Shown: in pieces, positions 16,438 through 23,462 of the stretch | How the letters are laid out: every line of letters begins with the position of its first letter | How positions within the stretch are numbered: position 1 is the first letter of the stretch | From: Thermofilum pendens Hrk 5 | GTDB taxonomy: Archaea > Thermoproteota > Thermoprotei > Thermofilales > Thermofilaceae | Direction: 5' to 3' | DNA: 32,000 nt | NCBI RefSeq assembly: GCF_000015225.1 | Contig: NC_008698.1 | Span: 660,001 to 692,000 of the forward strand | The notes under the pieces: generated by a model | Databases searched by the model: none | What the model was told of the DNA's origin: nothing | The model's input: only the letters and a program-made list of their open reading frames with translations | Made by a program: the position numbers and the translations under genes

Positions 16438-17612
16438 GGCTTCCAAGGCTCTTCAGGGGGAACGCGAAGCGCGAAGAGGAGCTTGTAAGCGTAAGTGAAG
16501 CTCTGCCGCCGGACGCCAGGCTGGTAGACAAGAACGAGTTCGGCGCTCTCTTCATCAAGAACGACACTTTACTGGTTCTGCCCTTCAGGCGGCACGAGGT
16601 CTGGGGAGCTTTCGCGCCAATCTTTACAAGCAGTAAAGTGGAAGAAGCCTGGATCTTCGAGGGTAGAGGGGTCGTCACGCTACGCGGCGTCGGGAGGGTG
16701 AGCTTCCCGGCAGACTCGGTCCCGGACTCCTTAGAAGAGCTTGTAACCAGAATCATAGCGGCGAGCGGGGTGAACGTCTCCCTGAGGAATCCGAGAGGCG
16801 TAGCTGACATCGGAGAGTGGCGCGTAGCGATACAAGTCCAGTCAGGGGGTCAGCTCCACCTCGTCGCGACGCGAGTAACCAGCGTCCCTCCCCTCGAGGA
16901 GGTCGTCCCGCCCCTTCTCGCAACTAGGCTCGTGCTACTGCTGGTTCGCCCATCCACGGTCGTGATAACGGGGCCTCCGGGAAGCGGAAAAACCACCGTG
17001 CTCTCCGCGCTTGTAAAGGCGGTCGCGGACTTTTTCCCCTGGCTGCACATCGCGATAGTCGAGAAGTACAGGGAGCTCAGTTTCAGAGGGGGCTGGTTCA
17101 CGCAGGTAGTCTCGGAAAACCTAGCCGAGGGCGTTAGGTACGCTATGCGCTACCTCAGACCAGACCTCCTCGTTGTCGGGGAGATACTGGCCGAAGACTT
17201 TTGGAGCCTACTAGAGCCGACTCGCGCGGGCATCCCCACCGTGACGACCTTCCATGCGCCCTCGGCACAGAGAGCCCTCAAGTCTCTCTCGGATGCCCTT
17301 AGGGTTCACCTGGGGGGAGCGACGAACGTGCTCAACTACCTTGACGTCCTCGTAGTAACGTCTAAGGTTATAACGTCGAGCGGAGTCTCGAGGGGGGTAA
17401 GCGCGGTCTACCTTTCCGACGGGCAACGCCTAGTGCCGGTCTACCTCGAAGGGGAGCACGCCGAGGAGGATCTCTTCAAAAAGGCTCTGCCCGACAAGCT
17501 CTACGTGGGCGACCTAGTCAACGTAGAGAAGACTTTAAGAGAGAGGTTCAGGCCGGACGAAGCCCAAGCGAGCTTCCTAAAGGAGCTCGCGGCGCTTTCC
17601 CTTGAACGTTGA
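16434..17612 (+). CDS. VirB11/FlaI/PilT-superfamily secretion ATPase (divergent)
   Basis: Walker A VITGPPGSGKTT, Walker B region RPDLLVVGEI, His-box-like VTTFHA, and an N-terminal about 170-aa domain as in VirB11/GspE-type ATPases. The Asp-box position reads IVEKYREL, and GEI is followed by L rather than the usual R. Confidence 0.7.
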   Translation: MRLPRLFRGNAKREEELVSVSEALPPDARLVDKNEFGALFIKNDTLLVLPFRRHEVWGAFAPIFTSSKVEEAWIFEGRGVVTLRGVGRVSFPADSVPDSLEELVTRIIAASGVNVSLRNPRGVADIGEWRVAIQVQSGGQLHLVATRVTSVPPLEEVVPPLLATRLVLLLVRPSTVVITGPPGSGKTTVLSALVKAVADFFPWLHIAIVEKYRELSFRGGWFTQVVSENLAEGVRYAMRYLRPDLLVVGEILAEDFWSLLEPTRAGIPTVTTFHAPSAQRALKSLSDALRVHLGGATNVLNYLDVLVVTSKVITSSGVSRGVSAVYLSDGQRLVPVYLEGEHAEEDLFKKALPDKLYVGDLVNVEKTLRERFRPDEAQASFLKELAALSLER

Positions 17613-19017
17613 AGACTTCTTCAAGAAAGCAGGTCTGACGCCCCGCCCTTTACAGCTCGAGACGGCTAGGGAGCTCGCCTCCCAGCTACCCGGAAACGTC
17701 GGGCTCGAAGCGCCCCCCGGTTGGGGGAAGACTATCGCAGTCCTCGCGGCGCTAGCCTCCGCGGGCGCCCTCCCAGCGGTGTGGAGGGTCAGAACCTACC
17801 CGCAGGCGCGGAGGATCTCGGAAGACGTTGCCGTCGCGAACCTCAAGCCCTTCGTAGCTGGCGGCCGCGAGAGGACGTGCCCCCTCGCGGGCGAGTTGAG
17901 GGCTAACGTGCACCACTACTGCAGGTACCTGAAGCACAAGTGCCCCTACTTCAAGTTGCTCGTGGAGTCTCCGGTGCGACTAGGCTACGTGCCGTCGTAC
18001 GAAGACCTGCCACCCGAGGTCTGCCGCTACTACCTACAGGAGAACGTGGGAGCGGACGTCTACATAGCCACGTACAACACGGGGCTCAACTTCGGCGGAG
18101 TACAGACCGTGGTCGACGAGGCCCACAACGCCGTCTCGGTGCAGTCCATGCCACTCTCAAAACTGAGAGAGGGGCTAGCCGAGCTGGCACAAGTTGCCGG
18201 TAGCGAGGAGCTCCTCGACAAAGTCGAGAAGTTTGACGTCGTGACCAACGTCCGGGTATACCTAGAGGAGCTTACAGCCGCGCTCGTCGAGGCGCTTGAG
18301 AAGGGCGCAAGACCGAGAAGCGCACCCAAAGTGTTAAGCTTCATACGTGAGGCACCCTTCCTGTGGAGGGAGGGAGAGGAGGTCTACACGCTGAAAGTCT
18401 ACAGGCCTAGAGGGCCCTCGCTCTACGTATCGGCAACGCTCACCCCCGTGGCGCACGTATTCAACGTACCAGTGGTCTCAGTGCCGTGGCAGAAGAAATA
18501 CACGGCCGCCATTACCACGTGGCTCACAACGGCGTACAGAGAGTACGGACCACCCCTAGCCAGGGAGTACAACAACCTCCTGTTCTTCCTGAGGCGCTTT
18601 TTCGACAGGATACTCGTTTTCGCGACGTCAAGGGTCGCCAAGACCCTTTCAGCCGACACTACGAACCCTGAGGAATGGAACAGAGGCGTACTGTTGTTGT
18701 TATCCCACGGGAGGTACGCTGAAGGCGTAGACCTACCCGCCGACTGCGTCGTCATGGCGGGAGCCCCCTACCTACCCCCGTACGTGTCAGCAAGACTGGC
18801 GGCTGTGGGGCTAAAGCCGGACGACGTTGTGGCTATAACGACGGTGCAGAACGTGGGGCGGGCTACGAGGACGCCATCAGCGTCACCCTTCATCGTACTC
18901 GCCGATGAGCGCTACGCGCGCCTCTCGATCCCGTACTTCGACGTAGTTGAAGTTCACAGCTTGAAGGATCTCGAAGCAATAATCACCAAGCTGGTACGCG
19001 TACATGCCACGCAGTAG
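17602..19017 (+). CDS. Compact XPD/Rad3/DinG-family SF2 helicase with 4-Cys (Fe-S type) insertion
   Basis: 471 aa with a TTG start and an 11-nt overlap with the upstream gene. Motif I EAPPGWGKT, motif II VVDEAHN, motif III YVSATLTP, motif V GRYAEGVDLP, motif VI VQNVGRATRTP. Four Cys lie between motifs I and II (TC-x13-C-x6-C-x26-C), where the XPD Fe-S domain sits. Confidence 0.75.
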   Translation: MNVEDFFKKAGLTPRPLQLETARELASQLPGNVGLEAPPGWGKTIAVLAALASAGALPAVWRVRTYPQARRISEDVAVANLKPFVAGGRERTCPLAGELRANVHHYCRYLKHKCPYFKLLVESPVRLGYVPSYEDLPPEVCRYYLQENVGADVYIATYNTGLNFGGVQTVVDEAHNAVSVQSMPLSKLREGLAELAQVAGSEELLDKVEKFDVVTNVRVYLEELTAALVEALEKGARPRSAPKVLSFIREAPFLWREGEEVYTLKVYRPRGPSLYVSATLTPVAHVFNVPVVSVPWQKKYTAAITTWLTTAYREYGPPLAREYNNLLFFLRRFFDRILVFATSRVAKTLSADTTNPEEWNRGVLLLLSHGRYAEGVDLPADCVVMAGAPYLPPYVSARLAAVGLKPDDVVAITTVQNVGRATRTPSASPFIVLADERYARLSIPYFDVVEVHSLKDLEAIITKLVRVHATQ

Positions 19018-19034
19018 TCTATTCTCCGCAAACC

Positions 19035-19078
19035 ACGCGTGCGTCGTGCGCTATGCGAAAAGCATTTTTACGCGTGCG
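19035..19078. repeat. Direct repeat ACGCGTGCG x2 flanking a TATA-like box
   Basis: ACGCGTGCG occurs at 19035-19043 and 19070-19078, either side of AAAAGCATTTTT (19057-19069). It lies just upstream of ATG 19104. Confidence 0.4.
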
Positions 19079-19103
19079 AAAGGAGGCTTGGGTTAGGATC
19101 GAT

Positions 19104-19403
19104 ATGAGTAGCGACGGGTCTCTATGCATGGTTGAGGGTTGCTCGGCGGGGGCAGACATACTCTTAGAGGTCAGAGGCCAGCAACTACTTTTGTGTAAAA
19201 CGCACTTCAAGGATCTTGTCTCAAGGCTAGCGAAGGCGGCGGAGAAGGAGGGGAAAGCCTCTCTTCTAAGGTTGAAGGTTCAGAAAACCAGCGACGGGAA
19301 GGTCCGCCTGCTCATAAGGAGGAAGGTCTCAAGGGCTACGAAGAAGTCTGAGAGGAAGACACGCAAGAAGAGCAGAAAGAAGGGTAAATCGCGCTCGAAG
19401 TAA
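19104..19403 (+). CDS. Small protein with CCCH-type metal-binding motif and Lys/Arg-rich tail
   Basis: The track ORF is 19053..19403. I prefer ATG 19104 because the TATA-like box at about 19057-19069 lies inside the longer version. Sequence is MSSDGSLCMVEGC-x17-CKTH followed by ...RKVSRATKKSERKTRKKSRKKGKSRSK. Confidence 0.5.
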   Translation: MSSDGSLCMVEGCSAGADILLEVRGQQLLLCKTHFKDLVSRLAKAAEKEGKASLLRLKVQKTSDGKVRLLIRRKVSRATKKSERKTRKKSRKKGKSRSK

Positions 19404-19408
19404 CTTCG

Positions 19409-19906
19409 TCAGCTATGTAGCAACTCGAGTAGTTGTTCTAGCGTGCTCCTGATAGCGTTGTAGGCAGTCTCTCCTATCACGCCTCTCTCGAACGCTTTCT
19501 TCAAGGTCTCCTGCTTGGAGGCAACGTCCTCCTCCGTCAACCCTAGGGGTAGCCCTGCCCTCTTGCTGTGGGTGAGGCTCCTAAGCGTGAACTCTTCGAG
19601 CGCAACCCAGAGGCTCTCCACCTCCCCCCTAAGCTTTTCAACCTCCGACTCCAGCTCTCCTATCTTCTTCTCGGCCTTCTCCTTGTCCACAAGCCCCAGC
19701 TCGACTTTGAGCTTCAACTCTTCCAAGGCCTTGAGGTCGGACTCAAGCTTTGCCTTAAGCTCGCTCAGCTCGCTCAGGAGGTCCAGCTTCGACAACTCCC
19801 ATTCGCGGACGGCGGCCTTCACCGACTCCACGTACTCGCCCCAGAGGTCGTCGGCCTTGTCGTAGAGCCCTTTAAGCCTCTCTATTACAGGCGCCAGGCC
19901 ACTCAA
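19409..19906 (-). CDS. Coiled-coil protein with C-terminal SHOCT-like motif (paralogue of the upstream gene's C-terminal half)
   Basis: 165 aa. Heptad-rich centre with C-terminal LKKAFERGVIGETAYNAIRSTLEQLL (SHOCT-like G-h-I-x-E-x-Y). The N-terminal VIERLKGLYDKADDLWGEYVESVKAAVREWE aligns with LIERAGELARIWEEYDRAAREVVERWE in the upstream protein. Confidence 0.6.
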   Translation of the reverse strand: MSGLAPVIERLKGLYDKADDLWGEYVESVKAAVREWELSKLDLLSELSELKAKLESDLKALEELKLKVELGLVDKEKAEKKIGELESEVEKLRGEVESLWVALEEFTLRSLTHSKRAGLPLGLTEEDVASKQETLKKAFERGVIGETAYNAIRSTLEQLLELLHS

Positions 19907-19907
19907 C

Positions 19908-20690
19908 CTACTCCACCTCCTCCTTTATCTTTTCGAGGCGCTTAATCCTTTCCTCAAGCTCGCTCCTAAGCTTCTCGTAGACCTCCTCGGAAATACCGCC
20001 CGACTTAAACCTCTCCTCGAGCTTTGCGAGCGCCACCTTGAGCTTCGCTATCTCCGGCTTCACCTCGGCGACCTTTACCCTCTTGAAGTGCGGGAGAACA
20101 ACCCTGTCCAGGTCCGCCAACACCCTGCTAAGCTCCTCCCTCTCCTTGTTCTTCTCGGCGAGTCTCCTCTCGAGGCTTGCCTTCAACTCCCCATACTCCT
20201 CCTCGCCGATAACCCCTGACTCGCGCATTTTTTCAAGCCTCTCCAGCTCGTCGACGTACGCCGTTATCGTGGCATCCACCCCGGCGAGCTCTCTGGATAT
20301 CCTCTCCCTAACGTCCTCCCACCTCTCGACAACCTCCCTCGCAGCCCTGTCGTACTCTTCCCAAATTCTCGCCAGCTCTCCAGCCCTCTCAATCAGAGCC
20401 TCCGCCTCGGAGACCAAGCTTGCATGCTCCTCCGCAGCGACGGGGGGAGCCGGAGCGACGGCCGCAGTCTCCCGAGGAGTTTCCGGAGGCTTAGCCTCTA
20501 CGGGGACAACCACCTCTTCGGCTTTCGGCTTAGCCTCCTCAGCTTTCTTTGCCTGCTGGTAGTAAGGGCACTCCCAGTACTCGAGTAGGCATGGCATGAA
20601 CGCGGGATCGACTTCCGCTCCGCCAGCATACCTACAGTAGAACTTACCGCGCTGATCCTTGTAGAGCCCTGGGCAAACCTCCCTCGCCAT
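19908..20690 (-). CDS. 4-Cys N-terminal domain + Pro/Ala/Glu linker + coiled-coil with two SHOCT-like motifs
   Basis: The track ORF extends to 20738. I prefer ATG 20690 (MAREVCPGLY...) because an AAATATTA box on the minus strand lies about 30 nt upstream of it. Cys pattern is C-x12-C-x14-C-x6-C. SHOCT-like motifs are LEKMRESGVIGEEEYGELKASL and LEERFKSGGISEEVYEKLRSEL. Confidence 0.6.
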   Translation of the reverse strand: MAREVCPGLYKDQRGKFYCRYAGGAEVDPAFMPCLLEYWECPYYQQAKKAEEAKPKAEEVVVPVEAKPPETPRETAAVAPAPPVAAEEHASLVSEAEALIERAGELARIWEEYDRAAREVVERWEDVRERISRELAGVDATITAYVDELERLEKMRESGVIGEEEYGELKASLERRLAEKNKEREELSRVLADLDRVVLPHFKRVKVAEVKPEIAKLKVALAKLEERFKSGGISEEVYEKLRSELEERIKRLEKIKEEVE

Positions 20691-20845
20691 GCGACTCCTG
20701 ACTAAGACAGCATGCAATCTAATATTTGTAGCGCACACGAGGAGGGAGCCGGGCGACTCTTCCTGATCGTTTTCCGCTTAAAGGTCACGCGTACAAAAAA
20801 CCGATACCCTTAACTCTGAGGGGTTTTTCGTTTTGGCGAGGACGC

Positions 20846-21067
20846 ATGTCTGAGGCTTACTGCAAGTACTACGTCCACACGGCGCGCGGGCAGCGTTGCG
20901 CCTTTATAGGCGTACGCGAGTGGCGTTTAACATCGGAAAAGTACCTCGAGTTCTGCAAGAAGGGGGGCGCCGGGTGCCCGGTCCTCGCCAGTATAAACGC
21001 CCGTGTCGCGTCGCACGTGAACGGCTTCCTGAAGGTAGGTGAGAATGTCCTGTTTAAGGAAGGCTGA
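20846..21067 (+). CDS. Small 4-Cys protein (same Cys-domain pattern as the divergent neighbour)
   Basis: 73 aa, YCKYYVHTARGQRCAFIG...YLEFCKKGGAGCPVL = C-x11-C-x20-C-x6-C. It overlaps the start of the downstream membrane-protein gene, which suggests coupling. Confidence 0.45.
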   Translation: MSEAYCKYYVHTARGQRCAFIGVREWRLTSEKYLEFCKKGGAGCPVLASINARVASHVNGFLKVGENVLFKEG

Positions 21068-22505
21068 ATACCTCTACGCCCTGGGAGTCTCGTTGCTGGC
21101 CGGCGGGTGGGCGGCGAGGCTGTACCTCGACGGAAGGCTGGAGTATGCTTCTCCCGTGCTTCTGGCTTTACCCCTTCTCCTCTTGCTCTCCGTCTCAGCG
21201 AGCCTGAGGAGGTTTAGGGGCAAGCGTCTAGCGATAGTCGCGGCGACCTCCGCCTCTATTTCTGCCCCCGTGCTCCTCGTCTCGGCGGCTTTGTTGCAGA
21301 GCTACACCAAGGAGGGGCGCTACCCCTCCCCGTTTATAGACGAGATGCTCAGGAACATGGGGGACGGCTTCTTCCTAGTGGCGCTCGCCATCACGACCGC
21401 TGTCTCGGCGGCGAGCCTGGCGCTCTTCAAAGCCCTGGTAACCCCCGAGATCCGCGCATTCAGAAAGGAGGGCGGAAGACCCCTCGTAGAGGAGCTTGTC
21501 GAAGCCCCGCAGAACGCGTATGCCTACTCGGCTATCGTTGCAGGCCTACTGCTGGGGTACTTCCAGCCCCTATCACTCCCAGCCCTATCCGTCATGCCGG
21601 TCCTCCTCATGCAACCCCTGCCGATCCAGCTCTCAGCGTTTACAGGCTCCCTTCTAGCCTTCCTCGGGGTGAGCGTAGACCCCGTCCTAACAGTGGCGGC
21701 TCTCGCACTGTACACGGAGGCCTGGAAGCGCATCTGGGGCGTTAAGACGAGCAGGGGGGCCGCCGTGATCATAAGCGCCGGGCTCTACGTACTCGCCGGG
21801 ATGCTCTCGTTCTTCACGCTGTTCGGGGCAGGCTTCGTCTTTTACCAGGCTGTCTTCGCGGTCCTCGTCCTCGCGGCAGGCTACCTGTTAACATCGATGG
21901 AGGCGAGAGGCGTGCTCGCCACGCCCGCCATGGTACTCGCTCTCTCCAACCTATACTTGAGGGCCCCCCTCTCGCCGGTGAGCCTCGAGCCGCTCCTCCC
22001 CCTCGTAGTCGCCTCCTCGTGGATGGCGATACCGGCGTTCTACAGCGAGCTTTCATCGGAGGGGCTAGCAGAGGATGAGGAATGCTCCAGCCTACCCGTC
22101 CAGGCGATATCCGTAGCGGTCCCCGCAACACTGGTAACGCTGCTTTACCTCAGCACCGGCTACTCCCCCCAGGTCCTCCGCGTCTCCGCGCAACCGAGCT
22201 ACACCGTACTGAGCTACGCTTTGCCAGTAGTAGCCCTCCTAGCGTCCACCGTGCAACAGGTAGCCTCCAAGCGTGCAGTCCCCGGCCTCGTCGAACCCGC
22301 GCTCCTGATGTTCCTACACCCGGCGGGCCTGGCCTTCTCGTTACTCGTACCTAGGGAGGACGCCGCTCCGCTAGCCCTCGCCGCCGCACTTTTAGCCGTG
22401 CTCCACGTAGCCCTCTCGAAACACGGGAAAACGTACAGGGAGGTTGCCTCGCTGTTCATGGTCGGAGTAGCTCTAGGCGTGGTTGCACGTCTCCTCGCAG
22501 GCTAA
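21045..22505 (+). CDS. Large polytopic integral membrane protein (unknown family)
   Basis: About 486 aa from ATG 21045 (the track starts at GTG 21039). It is Ala/Leu/Val-rich, with more than 10 hydrophobic segments across the whole length. A GGTAGGTGA SD-like string lies immediately upstream. Confidence 0.65.
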   Translation: MSCLRKAEYLYALGVSLLAGGWAARLYLDGRLEYASPVLLALPLLLLLSVSASLRRFRGKRLAIVAATSASISAPVLLVSAALLQSYTKEGRYPSPFIDEMLRNMGDGFFLVALAITTAVSAASLALFKALVTPEIRAFRKEGGRPLVEELVEAPQNAYAYSAIVAGLLLGYFQPLSLPALSVMPVLLMQPLPIQLSAFTGSLLAFLGVSVDPVLTVAALALYTEAWKRIWGVKTSRGAAVIISAGLYVLAGMLSFFTLFGAGFVFYQAVFAVLVLAAGYLLTSMEARGVLATPAMVLALSNLYLRAPLSPVSLEPLLPLVVASSWMAIPAFYSELSSEGLAEDEECSSLPVQAISVAVPATLVTLLYLSTGYSPQVLRVSAQPSYTVLSYALPVVALLASTVQQVASKRAVPGLVEPALLMFLHPAGLAFSLLVPREDAAPLALAAALLAVLHVALSKHGKTYREVASLFMVGVALGVVARLLAG

Positions 22506-22590
22506 AGCTTAGACTGTCGCGATTCTCGGCAATCTCGTCGCGCGCTAAGCAAAAATACTTCGTAGTGTTTTAGGCTGTCGCGGGATAGGC

Positions 22591-22920
22591 ATGTTCATCA
22601 GAAGGGAAGACGCCGTTAGGGAGGCCTCTAGCTACCTCGTAAAAGCGATACTCGTCAACTCTATCGCAGTGTTCATACCGCCCCTCTACATATTCTTCTC
22701 TGGCCACATAGGTCCCGACACGATTGTGGCGCTGGCATTCCTTGCGGTCTCGATAGCATCCCTCCTCCTCATATACTACGTGCGCAGGGCTGTCGAGGAC
22801 TACTCCATATCGTCGGCTCTCAGCGTAGCCCCGCTTGCAGTAGCGCTCGGCTACGTAGGCGGGCTCGTTGTGACGGGTTTTCTCGTTCAGAAAGCTCAGA
22901 AGGCGCTGAAGACCGTTTAA
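22591..22920 (+). CDS. Small membrane protein (3 predicted TM helices)
   Basis: 109 aa with hydrophobic segments AILVNSIAVFIPPLYIFF, IVALAFLAVSIASLLLIYY and LAVALGYVGGLVVTGFLV. Confidence 0.5.
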   Translation: MFIRREDAVREASSYLVKAILVNSIAVFIPPLYIFFSGHIGPDTIVALAFLAVSIASLLLIYYVRRAVEDYSISSALSVAPLAVALGYVGGLVVTGFLVQKAQKALKTV

Positions 22921-22966
22921 AAGAAAAAATTTATCAATCGTCTAGGGGGAAAAGTCGGGGGTCGCC

Positions 22967-23440
22967 ATGTCCGGACAACAATCCGTGCAACCACCCGAGC
23001 CCATCGTGAACGCTGTGAAGCTACGCAGGTACGGCGGAGTCCCCCCTAGGCCTCTAAAGGTAGGCAGGGGTTTCAGCGAAGGAGAGGTTAAAGCCCTGGG
23101 GCTCACAGTAAAGGAAGCAAGGCTACTCGGCATCTACGTCGACGAGCGGAGAAAGACCGTGCACCCAGAGAACGTCGAGGCTCTGCGAAGCTGGCTCAAA
23201 GCACTCAAGGAGCACCTCGAGAGCGGGGGCGAGCTTCCTGAGCCAACGTTGCCGAAAAAGATCATCGTGAAGCCGGACATCCACAGGGTATTCAAGGGTA
23301 AAACGATGGCCGGGAGGAGGGCGCGCGGCCTTCTCTCGGTAAAGTACCGCTACACGCACCACTACAAGTGGAAGAAGAAGCAGCGCGAAAGGCTACTGAA
23401 GAAGAGGCACGAGGCTACGAGGCACAAAGGAGGAGACTAG
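22967..23440 (+). CDS. rpl13e: Ribosomal protein eL13 (L13e)
   Basis: 157 aa. PRPLKVGRGFSEGEVKALGL matches the eL13 core (..GRGFS/T..EL...G) and the C-terminus is basic. An A/T-rich box lies at 22924-22935 upstream. Confidence 0.65.
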   Translation: MSGQQSVQPPEPIVNAVKLRRYGGVPPRPLKVGRGFSEGEVKALGLTVKEARLLGIYVDERRKTVHPENVEALRSWLKALKEHLESGGELPEPTLPKKIIVKPDIHRVFKGKTMAGRRARGLLSVKYRYTHHYKWKKKQRERLLKKRHEATRHKGGD

Positions 23441-23462
23441 CCCACGCAACCGGGCACGTTAT

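Noticed and set aside
9256-19017. Interpreting the cluster as an archaeal type IV pilus/archaellum-like (FlaI/FlaJ) assembly system.
   Set aside because: There is no class III (prepilin-type) signal peptide on any small protein and no FlaJ/PilC-sized platform protein. The presence of a HerA/VirB4-type ATPase and a two-helix hairpin pilin candidate fits a T4SS/Ced-like system better.
22513-22582. 8-bp direct repeat CTGTCGCG (x2, about 60 bp apart) upstream of the 109-aa membrane protein gene.
   Set aside because: It is short and GC-rich, and expected by chance in DNA of this composition. There is no symmetry or positional relation to the A/T-rich box.
8821-22920. Calling the central block an integrated plasmid, virus or genomic island.
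   Set aside because: No integrase, transposase, relaxase, tRNA target or flanking direct repeats were seen. My spot G+C counts show the cluster is GC-richer than the left flank (about two-thirds versus about half in sampled 60-nt lines). However, the clearly housekeeping DUF460/rio2 region is equally GC-rich, so composition does not single the block out. A proper sliding-window analysis is needed.
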